From positions 10,230,001-10,294,000 of the forward strand of contig JBHGNT010000007.1 of NCBI GenBank assembly GCA_043228905.1: a DNA stretch of 64,000 bases, in the 5' to 3' direction. The position numbers and the translations under genes are program-made. The stretch is from Azolla caroliniana. Lineage: Eukaryota > Plantae > Polypodiophyta. Shown here piece by piece: positions 63,608 to 64,000 of the stretch; position 1 is the first letter of the stretch; each line of letters starts with the position of its first letter. A model generated the notes under the pieces. It had not been told where the DNA came from. It ran no database searches and worked only from the letters and a program-made list of their open reading frames with translations.

Positions 63608-63807
63608 AAGAGAGAGAGAGAGAACAAGAAGCTATATTCGCAAGAGATAAAATTACGTCCAACAACATCTAAGTTACAAAAGAGGTTGGTTTAAATGCCA
63701 ACTAACCTAGGGCAACTGCCCTTTCTACGATTTACAAAACTACCCTAGTGTGTCCATTGCTAGTGTGAAAGCCATTACATTTGGGAAGTTGGGTTTGATT
63801 CTCAACA
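63608..63807 (-). repeat. Remaining part of the outer copia 5' LTR
   Basis: Matches 53231-53405; ends CAACA followed by the TTAGG TSD. Confidence 0.88.
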
Positions 63808-64000
63808 TTAGGAATTTTTGAATCATTTTATGGTAAAACACTTTGGCGAATATAGTTAGATAGATTTATTTTATCATCACGTCCTCAAAGATAAAATCAG
63901 ATTAGACTCGAACATTTTCACATCGACTAAGGAGTTTATAAGTTATTCTAGATGTTCAAGAATTCTACATATGAGCATTGCAATTGAGAGAAAACATCAT

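Larger units (their letters stand above)
30150..63807 (-). mobile_element. Outer Ty1/copia element hosting a 33.7-kb nested cluster; TTAGG TSD
   Basis: TTAGG at 30145-30149 followed by TGTAAAG; CTCAACA ending at 63807 followed by TTAGG. LTR segments 53231-53405 and 63621-63807 match. PPT at 53406-53416. Confidence 0.85.

Overview
Eukaryotic land-plant nuclear DNA; a fern or other non-seed plant is my inference from the TE types, not demonstrated. The only host gene is an intact, 11-coding-exon OSCA/CSC1 (ERD4-family) mechanosensitive Ca2+-permeable channel on the minus strand (12442-19774, ~761 aa). Its left flank (1-11.7 kb) is broken Ty1/copia and Ty3/gypsy elements; 22.7-30.1 kb is degenerate AT-rich DNA. 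The main structure is one Ty1/copia element spanning 30150-63807, defined by a TTAGG target-site duplication (TSD) and TG..CA ends. Its 3' LTR is split by ~22.9 kb of non-LTR retrotransposons stacked inside the LTR's (GA)n microsatellite: one RTEX-like element and four L1-type LINE copies, the latter interrupted by a gypsy fragment and a copia element. Its 5' LTR carries the same LINE subfamily at the same (GA)n tract, and a younger copia is nested in its integrase. This suggests (GA)n-targeting LINEs that use LTR-borne microsatellites as landing pads. All coordinates and alignments were read by eye.
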